From Acidimicrobiales bacterium (GTDB taxonomy: Bacteria > Actinomycetota > Acidimicrobiia > Acidimicrobiales > DASSOZ01), in NCBI GenBank assembly GCA_035700105.1, contig DASSOZ010000040.1, positions 3,957-67,956 on the forward strand: DNA of 64,000 nucleotides. Reading direction: 5' to 3'. The number at the start of each line of letters is the position of its first letter. Position 1 is the first letter of the stretch. Of the stretch, positions 18,525 to 26,740 are shown in pieces. The position numbers and the translations under genes are program-made. The notes beneath the pieces are model-generated. The model saw nothing but the letters and a program-made list of their open reading frames with translations. It made no database searches and had not been told where the DNA came from.

Positions 18525-20135
18525 ATGGCTGACATGGTGCTGACGGAGTCGTTCTGGGCGGCCGACACGTCGGAGCCGATCGTCGAGACGACCGTCGGCG
18601 GGCTGCTGCGCGACGTGGCGGCCGCGGTCGGCGACCGGACGGCGCTCGTCTCCGGCGTCCCCGGCGAGTCGCCGCGACGCCGCTGGACCTACGCCGAGCT
18701 GCTGGCCGACGCCGAGCGGTGCGCCCGGGCGCTGCTCGAGTGGTTCTCACCCGGCGACCGGGTCGCGATCTGGGCACCGAACCTGCCGGAGTGGGTCGTG
18801 CTGGAGATGGGCGCGGCACTGGCCGGTGTCGTGCTCGTCACCGTGAACCCCGCCTATCGCCCGTCGGAGCTCGCGTACGTGCTCGACCAGTCGGGCGCGT
18901 CGGGCATCTTCCTCACGCGCGAGTTCCGCGGGAACCCGATGCGGGCGTCGCTCGAGGAGGTGCTGCCCGACGTCCCCGGGCTCGAGCACTGGGTCGTGCT
19001 CGGCGAGGACTGGGACGTGTTCATGGGCATGGGCGCGCCGGACACGGGTGCGGGGCTGCCCGACGTCAGTCCCGACGACATCGCCCAGATCCAGTACACG
19101 TCGGGGACGACGGGGTTCCCGAAGGGCGCCCGCCTGCGCCACCGCGGGATCGTCAACAACGCCCGGCTCTGCGCGCAGCGGTTCGAGGTGCGCGACGGCG
19201 ATGTCTGGATCAACCCGATGCCGCTGTTCCACACCGGCGGGTGCGTGCTCGGCGCGCTCGGGTCGGTGTGGGCGCGCGCGACGCACATCCCGATCCTGCT
19301 CTTCGACCCGGCGATGGTGCTCGAGCTGCTCGAGACCGAGCGCGGCGACGTGATGGGCGGCGTGCCGACGATGCTCATCGCGTTGATGGAGCACCCCGAC
19401 TTCCGGACGCGTGACCTCTCGTCGCTGCGCTCGGTGCTGTCGGGTGGGTCGACCGTGCCGGCCGACCTCGTCCGCCGGATCGAGTCGACGCTCGGCGTGC
19501 GGTTCGGGATCGTGTACGGGCAGACGGAGTCGTCGCCTGTCATCACCCAGACGCGCCTCGACGACTCGCCCGACGACAAGGCGCTCACGATCGGCCAACC
19601 GCTGCCGCAGACCGAGGTAAAGATCGTCGACGCGTCGACGGGCGACGTCGTCCCCGTCGGCGTCGTCGGCGAGCTCTGCACGCGCGGCTACCTCGTCATG
19701 GAGGGCTACAACGACAACCCGGTGGCGACGGCCGAGGCGATCGACGCCGACGGGTGGCTGCACACCGGTGACCTGTGCTCGATGGACGAGCGCGGGTACT
19801 GCACGGTCGAGGGCCGCCTCAAGGACATGATCATCCGCGGCGGGGAGAACCTCTACCCCCGCGAGATCGAGGAGCTGCTGTTCACGCACCCGTCGGTCGC
19901 CGACGTCGCCGTCGTCGGGATCCCCGACGACCGCTGGGGCGAGGTCGTCGGGGCGTTCGTCCGCCGGTCGGCCGAGGTGACCGAGGCGGAGCTGCGGTCG
20001 TTCGTGCGCGAGCGGCTGGCGCCGCAGAAGGCGCCGGAGCGATGGTGGTTCGTCGAGGAGTTCCCGCTCACGCCGTCGGGCAAGGTGCAGAAGTTCGTGC
20101 TGCGGGAGCGAGCCGTGAAGGGCGAGCTCGACTGA
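18525..20135 (+). CDS. AMP-dependent synthetase/ligase (acyl-CoA synthetase), 536 aa
   Basis: ORF 18525..20135(+). The AMP-binding motif is QYTSGTTGFPKGA. Later motifs include GDLCSMDERGYCTVEGRLKDMIIRGGENLYPREIE. Confidence 0.9.
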   Translation: MADMVLTESFWAADTSEPIVETTVGGLLRDVAAAVGDRTALVSGVPGESPRRRWTYAELLADAERCARALLEWFSPGDRVAIWAPNLPEWVVLEMGAALAGVVLVTVNPAYRPSELAYVLDQSGASGIFLTREFRGNPMRASLEEVLPDVPGLEHWVVLGEDWDVFMGMGAPDTGAGLPDVSPDDIAQIQYTSGTTGFPKGARLRHRGIVNNARLCAQRFEVRDGDVWINPMPLFHTGGCVLGALGSVWARATHIPILLFDPAMVLELLETERGDVMGGVPTMLIALMEHPDFRTRDLSSLRSVLSGGSTVPADLVRRIESTLGVRFGIVYGQTESSPVITQTRLDDSPDDKALTIGQPLPQTEVKIVDASTGDVVPVGVVGELCTRGYLVMEGYNDNPVATAEAIDADGWLHTGDLCSMDERGYCTVEGRLKDMIIRGGENLYPREIEELLFTHPSVADVAVVGIPDDRWGEVVGAFVRRSAEVTEAELRSFVRERLAPQKAPERWWFVEEFPLTPSGKVQKFVLRERAVKGELD

Positions 20136-20162
20136 CGACACCGGCGGCTGATCCGGTTCTGA

Positions 20163-20199
20163 CAGCAGCAGCGCAACGGAAACGGTTGCGCTGCTGCTG
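20163..20199. terminator. bidirectional hairpin between convergent genes
   Basis: Perfect 15-bp stem CAGCAGCAGCGCAAC / GTTGCGCTGCTGCTG with a 7-nt loop. Confidence 0.6.
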
Positions 20200-20214
20200 G
20201 CAGAACGGGCGGGG

Positions 20215-20820
20215 TCAGTTCATCGTCGGGTCGGGCGGGCAGTTGGCGAGCCACGCGGTCGTGCCGCCCTGGCGCCGGAGGACCCGGCGCCACAGGTCGT
20301 CGGGGTCGTCGCTGAGCGCGTCGGTGGGGTCGGCGTCGACGACGATCCAGGCGCCCTCGTCGATCTCGTCCTCCAGCTGCCCGGCGCCCCAGCCGCTGTA
20401 GCCCGCGAAGACGCGCACCGACTCGACGTCGCCGACCGCGTCGGGGTCGCGGGCGACGTCGACGGTGCCGAGGCCGGCGAACAGCGGGGCGAAGCCGTCG
20501 GACACGGTGCCGCTCGTCGACGAGCGGCCGAGCGCGATCGCCGCCGTCTGCGACACGGGACCGCCGACGAACACGACCGGCGGGCTCGCCGCCTTCCACC
20601 GCCACGCCGGGAGCGGCTCGTCGACCTCGGTCTCGGTCGGGCGGTTGAGCACCAGGCCCACCGCGCCCTCGTCTCCGTGCTCGAGCACGAGGACGACCGT
20701 GCGGTCGAAGTTCGGGTCGAGAAGGGTCGGCGCCGCCACCAGCAGCCGGCCCTTGAGCGGCTCGGTCACTCCGTCATCATCGCCCACCCGACGACGCTTT
20801 CGGTGATTTCGGTACGCCAT
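20215..20820 (-). CDS. YqgE/AlgH family protein (UPF0301), 201 aa
   Basis: ORF 20215..20820(-). Family-typical blocks are LLVAAPTLLDPNF..TVVLVLEH, GGPV and FAGYSGWGAGQLEDEI. Confidence 0.85.
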   Translation of the reverse strand: MAYRNHRKRRRVGDDDGVTEPLKGRLLVAAPTLLDPNFDRTVVLVLEHGDEGAVGLVLNRPTETEVDEPLPAWRWKAASPPVVFVGGPVSQTAAIALGRSSTSGTVSDGFAPLFAGLGTVDVARDPDAVGDVESVRVFAGYSGWGAGQLEDEIDEGAWIVVDADPTDALSDDPDDLWRRVLRRQGGTTAWLANCPPDPTMN

Positions 20821-20864
20821 GGCGACCCCAACTCACCGAAAGCCGGTGAGGGCGCCGGCGCGAC

Positions 20865-21014
20865 TCAGCTGCTGGAGGCCGCCTTCGGCTGCGGCTGCTT
20901 CGGCGTCACGCCCCGCGCCTCGGCCTTGGCCTCGGCGACGCGGCGGTCCCGTGCCTTCTTCTTCTTGATGCGGTCATTGCGCCAGCGAATCTTCGGGAGA
21001 TCTCCACGACCCAT
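20865..21014 (-). CDS. small basic protein, 49 aa (MGRGDLPKIRWRNDRIKKKKARDRRVAEAKAEARGVTPKQPQPKAASSS)
   Basis: Below the ORF-track cutoff. After the first few codons the third positions are G/C-rich. No clear SD. A 7-bp hairpin (20832..20850) lies between its stop and the algH-like start. Confidence 0.4.
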   Translation of the reverse strand: MGRGDLPKIRWRNDRIKKKKARDRRVAEAKAEARGVTPKQPQPKAASSS

Positions 21015-21027
21015 AAGGACGGACAGG

Positions 21028-22275
21028 CTATTCGGTGGCGGCGTACGGGGCCGCTTCCGCCGTCGCCGCCGACGTCCGGACGTCGTCCGCGCACGAGCGC
21101 AACGCCGCGACGAACTCGTCGACGACGCCGACGTGCCCGGCGTGGACGGTGCAGTGCAGCGACGGCGGCGGGCCCTGTTGGTCGCAGAACCAGCCGCGCT
21201 GCCACAGCGCGTTGCCGACCGCGAACGCGTCGGTGCCGTCGTCGAAGCCGAACGCGACCAGCGTCACCTCCGGCTCGCCGACGAGCGCGATGCCCTCGGT
21301 CGTGCGTAGACCGGCGACGAGCTGTGCCCACGCCTCCCGTGCCTGACCGGTCAACCGCATGTACCCGTCGTCGCCGAGGTGGTGCAATGTGGCCCACGCC
21401 GACGCGATCGGCGCGCCGCTCTTCGTACCGAGGATGCCCGACGAGCCGTACAGCCCGCCGAGCCAGTCGTCGGTGACGAACGTCTGGTGCCGCCGTAGGT
21501 GCTTGTCCCGGTGCACGATGACCGACGCGCCCTTGCCGGCGTAGCCGTACTTGTGCAGGTCGGCCGACATCGAGGTGACACCCTCCACGGCGAAGTCGAA
21601 CGGCGGCACCGCGCCCGGTTCGAGCCGCGCGAGGAACGGCAGGACCATCCCGCCCATGCACGCGTCGACGTGGCAGAGCACGCCCCGAGCGAGCGCCAGC
21701 GCAGCGACGTCACCGACGGGGTCGATCACGCCCTGCGGGTACTGCGGCGCGGACGCGACGACGAGGACGGTGTCGCTGTCGATCGCCGTCGCCATGGCGT
21801 CGACGTCGGCGCGGTAGTCGTCGCGCACGGGGACCCGGCGCGTCTCGACGCCGAAGTACGCGCCCGCCTTCGTGAAGGCCGCGTGCGCGCTGGTCGGCAG
21901 CACCACGTTCGGACGCTCGATGCCGCGCTCGGCGCGGCCCCAGTTGCGCGCCGCCTCGACTGCCAGCAGCAGCGACTCGGTGCCGCCGCTCGTCATGAAC
22001 CCCGCGGCGTCGGGTCCGCCGTGGAGCAGGTCGGCGACGATGTCGACGACGTCGCTCTGCATCTGCCCGAGGCTCGGGAACGCCGCGGGGTTGAGCGCGT
22101 TCGTCGGGAAGTAGGCGGCGGTGACGGCTTCGTTCAGCCGCTGGAGCTCGGGATCGTCGGTCTCGTACACGAGGCTGAACGCGCGGCCGCCGCGCCAGTC
22201 GACGTCGTTGCGTTCGAGCTCGGCGATGCGGGCGAGCACGTCGTCGACCGGCAGCCCGGTACGCGGCAGCGGCAT
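21028..22275 (-). CDS. PLP-dependent decarboxylase/lyase (group II decarboxylase, sphingosine-1-phosphate-lyase-like fold), 415 aa
   Basis: ORF 21028..22998(-) trimmed to the ATG at 22275 (MPLPRTGLPVDDVLARI...). Motifs include TSGGTESLLLA and the PLP-lysine context SADLHKYGY. Confidence 0.75.
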   Translation of the reverse strand: MPLPRTGLPVDDVLARIAELERNDVDWRGGRAFSLVYETDDPELQRLNEAVTAAYFPTNALNPAAFPSLGQMQSDVVDIVADLLHGGPDAAGFMTSGGTESLLLAVEAARNWGRAERGIERPNVVLPTSAHAAFTKAGAYFGVETRRVPVRDDYRADVDAMATAIDSDTVLVVASAPQYPQGVIDPVGDVAALALARGVLCHVDACMGGMVLPFLARLEPGAVPPFDFAVEGVTSMSADLHKYGYAGKGASVIVHRDKHLRRHQTFVTDDWLGGLYGSSGILGTKSGAPIASAWATLHHLGDDGYMRLTGQAREAWAQLVAGLRTTEGIALVGEPEVTLVAFGFDDGTDAFAVGNALWQRGWFCDQQGPPPSLHCTVHAGHVGVVDEFVAALRSCADDVRTSAATAEAAPYAATE

Positions 22276-22302
22276 GGCCGCGAACCGTACAGAGTGTGCG
22301 GC

Positions 22303-23058
22303 ATGTTCCGTGGTGTCGCCGTCGCGCTGGTCACGCTGTTCGACGCCGGCGGCGACGTCGACGCACCGGCGTCGGCGGCGCTCGCCGTGCAGCTCGTCGA
22401 CGCCGGGCTGGCGGCCGTCGTCGTGTGCGGCACCACGGGCGAACCGTTCACGCTGACCGACGACGAGCGGTCGTCCCTGCTTCGCGCCGTGCGCGACGCC
22501 GTCGGCGGGCGCGTCCCCGTCATCGCCGGCACGGGCGCGCAGTCGGCGCGCCAGGCGGTGGCGCTCACGCGACGGGCGTGCGAGGACGGCGCCGACGCGG
22601 TGCTGACCCTGTCGCCATCGGGGGCGAGCGACGTGCGCCCGTACTACGAGGCCGTCGCCGGCGCGGCCGGGACCGTCCCCGTGCTCGGGTACCACTTCCC
22701 GAACGTGTCCGCGCCCGGCATCCCCGTCGACGTGCTCCCGCAGCTGCCGATCGTCGGATGCAAGGACTCGAGCGGCGACCCCGCCCGGTTCCTCGCCGAG
22801 CTCGACGTGTTCGACGGCGCGCTGTACACGGGCTCGGCCGCGCTGCTGCACACCGCCGGCGCACTCGGCGCCGCCGGCGCGATCGTCGCCCTCGCCAACG
22901 CCGAGCCGGAGCTGTGCGTGGCGGCGTTCGCCGGTGACGCCCACGCGCAGCGGGCGATCGCCCGGCCGATGGCGGCGACCGCCGGCCGCTTCCCGCACGG
23001 CATCAAGCAGCTGACCGCGGCGCGCTTCGGCACGTCGGCTGCGGCGCGCCTCAGCTGA
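22303..23058 (+). CDS. dihydrodipicolinate synthase/N-acetylneuraminate lyase family protein, 251 aa
   Basis: ORF 21499..23058(+) trimmed to the ATG at 22303. A GTG at 22294 is possible. Motifs are CGTTGEPFTL and the Schiff-base lysine context VGCKDSSGD. Only 27 nt separate it from the divergent start at 22275. Confidence 0.75.
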   Translation: MFRGVAVALVTLFDAGGDVDAPASAALAVQLVDAGLAAVVVCGTTGEPFTLTDDERSSLLRAVRDAVGGRVPVIAGTGAQSARQAVALTRRACEDGADAVLTLSPSGASDVRPYYEAVAGAAGTVPVLGYHFPNVSAPGIPVDVLPQLPIVGCKDSSGDPARFLAELDVFDGALYTGSAALLHTAGALGAAGAIVALANAEPELCVAAFAGDAHAQRAIARPMAATAGRFPHGIKQLTAARFGTSAAARLS

Positions 23059-23066
23059 TCCCGATC

Positions 23067-23113
23067 GAGATTGGGTGATTGGCCGCCCTATAGGCGGCCA
23101 ATCACCCGATCTC
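23067..23113. repeat. 47-nt palindromic element, copy 1 of 2
   Basis: GAGATTGGGTGATT-GGCCGCCC-TATA-GGCGGCC-AATCACCCGATCTC. A second copy at 38445..38491 has the same 14-nt basal arms (27 of 28 positions identical). The right arm overlaps the last codons and the stop of gluQ. Confidence 0.8.
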
Positions 23114-24016
23114 GGGAAAGACCCACGGGTCGCGCGGCAGCGCGGCGGGGTCGAAGCGGGCGAGCAGTGTCGACATCGACACGCGCTCGCCGGGCGACGC
23201 GAGTCCGACCGAGCACGCGAGGAGCGAGCGGACGTCGTCGGGCGTCTCGCCGCGCGCGGCCCGGTCGCCGAGTGTCACCGCGCCGTGGCGCTTCGCCAAC
23301 CGCGCGCCGTCGACGCCGAGCACCAGCGGCACGTGCGCGTACGACGGCACGGTGAGACCGAGCAGCGAGGCCACGTGGACGTGGCGAGGCGTCGACAGCA
23401 GCAGGTCGTCGCCGCGCACGACCTCGGCGACACCCTGCGCGGCGTCGTCGACGACGACGGCGAGGTTGTACGCCGGCGTGCCGTCGCCGCGCCGGAGCAC
23501 GACGTCGTCGACGACCGCCGACACGCGACCGTGCAACCGGTCGACGAACGACACGACGAGCCCGGGCTCGGCCCGCAGTCGCAGCGCAGGTCGGCGCCCG
23601 GCCGCTTCGCGCGCGACCCGCTCGGACGCCGTCAGCGCGCGGCACGTGCCCGGGTACGCGCCGTCGGGCATCGGGTCGCCGTGCGCGGCCGACGCCGCCT
23701 CCTGGATCTCGCGCCGCGTGCAGTAGCACGGGTACGTCAGGTCGAGGTCGACGAGGCGCGCGATCGCCCGGTCGTAACGCGACCGCCGTTCCGACTGCCG
23801 CACGACCGCTCCGTCCCAGTCGAGACCGAGCGCCCGCAGGTCGTCGAGCTGACCGTCGTAGTGCTCGGCCCGCACCGAGCCGGCGTCGAGGTCCTCCATG
23901 CGCACGAGGAACCGGCCGCCGCTCGAGCGGGCGAACAACCACGCCAGGAGCGCGGTGCGCAGGTTGCCGAGGTGCAGCCGACCCGTGGGCGACGGCGCGA
24001 ACCGGCCGTCAGCCAC
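23102..24016 (-). CDS. gluQ: tRNA glutamyl-Q(34) synthetase GluQRS, 304 aa
   Basis: ORF 23102..24016(-), GTG start. It is collinear with E. coli YadB/GluQRS as I remember it: RFAPSPTGRLHLGN, YPCYCTRREI, AYNLAVVVDD and LAKRHG. Confidence 0.9.
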   Translation of the reverse strand: MADGRFAPSPTGRLHLGNLRTALLAWLFARSSGGRFLVRMEDLDAGSVRAEHYDGQLDDLRALGLDWDGAVVRQSERRSRYDRAIARLVDLDLTYPCYCTRREIQEAASAAHGDPMPDGAYPGTCRALTASERVAREAAGRRPALRLRAEPGLVVSFVDRLHGRVSAVVDDVVLRRGDGTPAYNLAVVVDDAAQGVAEVVRGDDLLLSTPRHVHVASLLGLTVPSYAHVPLVLGVDGARLAKRHGAVTLGDRAARGETPDDVRSLLACSVGLASPGERVSMSTLLARFDPAALPRDPWVFPEIG

Positions 24017-24842
24017 CCTGTTGCGACGACTGCGGCGACTGCGGCGACTGCGGCGACTGCGGCGACTGCGAGCGGACCCACTCTGCGGTGCCGGCGAGGA
24101 ACCCGCCGGTGTCGGCCGCCTTCGACGCGGCGAGGTCGCGGAAGAACTCCGGCACGAACACCTGCGCGGCGTCCGACGCCAGCCCGTCGACCACGGCGTC
24201 GACGAGCACCGACACGGGTTGGAGCTCGAGCGGACCGGTGTACGGGTCGTTGTCCGCCAGCGTGAACAGCTCGGTGTCGAACACCCCGGGGTACACGACC
24301 ATGACCTTCACGCCCCGGTCCCACAGGTCGACGGCGATCGCCTCGGACCACACCGCGAGCGCCGCCTTCGACGCGTCGTACGCCGCCTCCCCGGGCGACG
24401 AGACGACCGCCGCCACCGACGACACGTTCACGATCCGCGCCCCGTCACCACCCGGCGGCGAGAGCAGCGACGGCAGCAGCGCCAGCGTGAGGCGGGCGGG
24501 CGCGAGGAAGTTGACCGTCATCACGCGATCGACGGTCTCGGCGTCGAGCGCGGTGACGTGGCGCCGCTTCGGGATGCCGGCGTTGTTCACCAGCACGTCG
24601 ACGCCGCCCCGCTCGAGCACCTCGGCCGCGAACGCGTCCACGTCCGCCGCCACCGCGAGGTCGCATGCCCGGAACCAGGCACCCCCGCTGCACGCGTCGG
24701 CCACGTCTCGCAGCCGGTCGGCCCGCCGGGCGCACAGTCCGACCGTCGCGCCGGCGGCGGCGAACGCCGATGCCAACCCGGCGCCGATGCCCGACGACGC
24801 CCCGGTCACCACCACCCGCTTGCCGGCCAGGTCGTAGCCCAT
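24009..24842 (-). CDS. SDR family oxidoreductase, 277 aa
   Basis: ORF 24009..24929(-) trimmed to the ATG at 24842 (MGYDLAGKRVVVTGASSGIGAG). The catalytic motif is YDASKAAL. Its stop overlaps the gluQ GTG start by 8 nt. Confidence 0.85.
   Translation of the reverse strand: MGYDLAGKRVVVTGASSGIGAGLASAFAAAGATVGLCARRADRLRDVADACSGGAWFRACDLAVAADVDAFAAEVLERGGVDVLVNNAGIPKRRHVTALDAETVDRVMTVNFLAPARLTLALLPSLLSPPGGDGARIVNVSSVAAVVSSPGEAAYDASKAALAVWSEAIAVDLWDRGVKVMVVYPGVFDTELFTLADNDPYTGPLELQPVSVLVDAVVDGLASDAAQVFVPEFFRDLAASKAADTGGFLAGTAEWVRSQSPQSPQSPQSPQSSQQGG
24027..24071. repeat. 9-bp tandem repeat (CGACTGCGG x4 plus one imperfect unit) inside coding sequence
   Basis: Read directly from the sequence. On the minus strand it encodes the (SPQ)n tail SQSPQSPQSPQSPQSS of the SDR protein. 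Confidence 0.9.
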
Positions 24843-24944
24843 CGCCAAGAGGCTCCCACACGTCGGGACCTCCGCCCCTGCCGTGGCCGCCGCCGGCGGC
24901 GTACCCAGGAAGAGGGACCCTGCGCGCAAGAGAGGGGGACGGCC

Positions 24945-26732
24945 ATGGACGACATGCGACCTGTCCTACGAGCCGACACGATCCCGGAAGCGTTCCTCGA
25001 TCGTGTCCGTGACGCACCCGACGACGCCGCGATGTGGCGACACGACAGCAACGGTCGTTGGGAGAAGCTGACGTGGGCCGACTACGGGCGATGGGTTGCG
25101 GAGGTCCTCGGCGGTCTCGTCAGCCTCGGCATCGGTCCCGGCGAGAACGTCGGGATCATGTCGAACAACCGCGTCGAGTGGCACGTCGCCGACATCGCGA
25201 CGCTGTGCGGTGGCGGCGTCACCGTGCCCGTGTACCAGACGAGCTACCCACCGCAGGTGCAGTACGTCCTCGGCCACGGCGAGGCGCGGCTGTGCTTCGT
25301 CGAGGACGAGGAGCAGCTCGGCAAGGTGCTGGAGGTGCGCGACGAACTGCCCAAGCTCGACCACGTCGTCGTGTTCGACCCGGCCTTCGTGCCGGCGGAC
25401 CACTTCACGATGACCTTCGCCGACCTTCGAGCGCTCGGTGTCGAGCGGCTCGCGCGCGAGCCCGACCTGCTCGAGACGCGCGCGGCCATGGTGACACCGG
25501 CCACGCTGGCGACGCTCGTCTACACGAGCGGGACGACCGGGCCGCCGAAGGGCACGATGATCACGCACGGCCAGGTCACGTGGACGCTGAAGAGCGCGCC
25601 GCAGCGGTTCGACATCGTGCCGCACGACCGCCTGCTGTCGTTCCTGCCGCTCAGCCACATCGCCGAGCGGATGATGAGCGACTTCCTCCCGATCGCGTAC
25701 GGCGGCGAGACGTGGTTCGCGCGCAGCCTGGCGACCGTCGTCGAGGACCTCCCGGCGTGCCAGCCGACGGTGTTCTTCGCCGTGCCGCGCGTGTGGGAGA
25801 AGCTCCACGAGAAGGTCGCCGAGAAGCTCGCCGAGGAGTCCGGTCTCAAGGCCCGGGCCATCGAGGCGTACTTCGGCGCCACGCAGGGGTCGTTCGCGTG
25901 GCGGGCCCTCGACCGCGTCGTCGGCGCCAAGATCCGCCGCACCCTCGGCCTCGACCGCGCCCGAGTGATGATCACGGCGGCCGCACCGATCCACCCCGAC
26001 CAGATCCGGTGGTTCCACCAGATCGGCCTCCCCGTGTTCGAGCTGTACGGCCAGACCGAGGACTGCGGTCCCACGTCGACCAACTTCCCCGGCCACAACA
26101 GGATCGGGACGGTCGGCCTGCCGATCCCGGGTGTGACGGTGCGCATCGCCGACGACGGCGAGATCCTCGTCAAGGGCGGCAACGTCTGCGCCGGGTACTG
26201 GCACGACGACCGAGCCACCGCGGCGCTCATCGACGCCGACGGCTTCATGCACTCCGGTGACCTGGGTGCGATCGACGCGGATGGGTACCTGACCATCACC
26301 GGCCGCAAGAAGGACCTCATCATCACGGCCGCCGGGAAGAACGTCACTCCGCAGGAGATCGAGACCGACATCCGCAACCACCCGCTCGTGTCGCAGGCCG
26401 TCGTCGTGGGTGACGGGCGCCGCTACCTCACGGCACTCGTGACGCTCGACGGCGAGGTCCTCGCCGAGTGGGCGCGCGACAACGGCAAGCTCATGGACGA
26501 GGAGGCGCTCACCCGCGATCCCGACGTCATCGCCGAGGTGCAGGCGGCCATCGACGACGCCAACGGGAATCGTTCGCACGCGGAGACCGTTCGCAAGTTC
26601 TCGGTGCTGCCCCACGACCTCACGGTCGCCCGGGGCGAACTGACGCCGACGCTCAAGGTGAAGCGCAACGTCGTCTACGACCGCTACGCGGAGCTGATCG
26701 AGGCGATGTACGCAGAGGAGACGCCGCAGTGA
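24945..26732 (+). CDS. long-chain fatty acid--CoA ligase (FadD15-like AMP-binding enzyme), 595 aa
   Basis: ORF 23898..26732(+) trimmed to the ATG at 24945, preceded by GAGAGGGGGA. Motifs are VYTSGTTGPPKGTMITH and GDLGAIDADGYLTITGRKKDLIITAAGKNVTPQEIE. Confidence 0.9.
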   Translation: MDDMRPVLRADTIPEAFLDRVRDAPDDAAMWRHDSNGRWEKLTWADYGRWVAEVLGGLVSLGIGPGENVGIMSNNRVEWHVADIATLCGGGVTVPVYQTSYPPQVQYVLGHGEARLCFVEDEEQLGKVLEVRDELPKLDHVVVFDPAFVPADHFTMTFADLRALGVERLAREPDLLETRAAMVTPATLATLVYTSGTTGPPKGTMITHGQVTWTLKSAPQRFDIVPHDRLLSFLPLSHIAERMMSDFLPIAYGGETWFARSLATVVEDLPACQPTVFFAVPRVWEKLHEKVAEKLAEESGLKARAIEAYFGATQGSFAWRALDRVVGAKIRRTLGLDRARVMITAAAPIHPDQIRWFHQIGLPVFELYGQTEDCGPTSTNFPGHNRIGTVGLPIPGVTVRIADDGEILVKGGNVCAGYWHDDRATAALIDADGFMHSGDLGAIDADGYLTITGRKKDLIITAAGKNVTPQEIETDIRNHPLVSQAVVVGDGRRYLTALVTLDGEVLAEWARDNGKLMDEEALTRDPDVIAEVQAAIDDANGNRSHAETVRKFSVLPHDLTVARGELTPTLKVKRNVVYDRYAELIEAMYAEETPQ

Positions 26733-26740
26733 CCCCCTCG

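Noticed and set aside
24027-24071. Short direct repeats that might suggest a CRISPR array or minisatellite locus.
   Set aside because: The units are 9 bp and contiguous, with no spacers. They lie in frame inside a coding sequence, so this is a coding tandem repeat and not a CRISPR array. No CRISPR-like repeat-spacer structure exists anywhere in the window.
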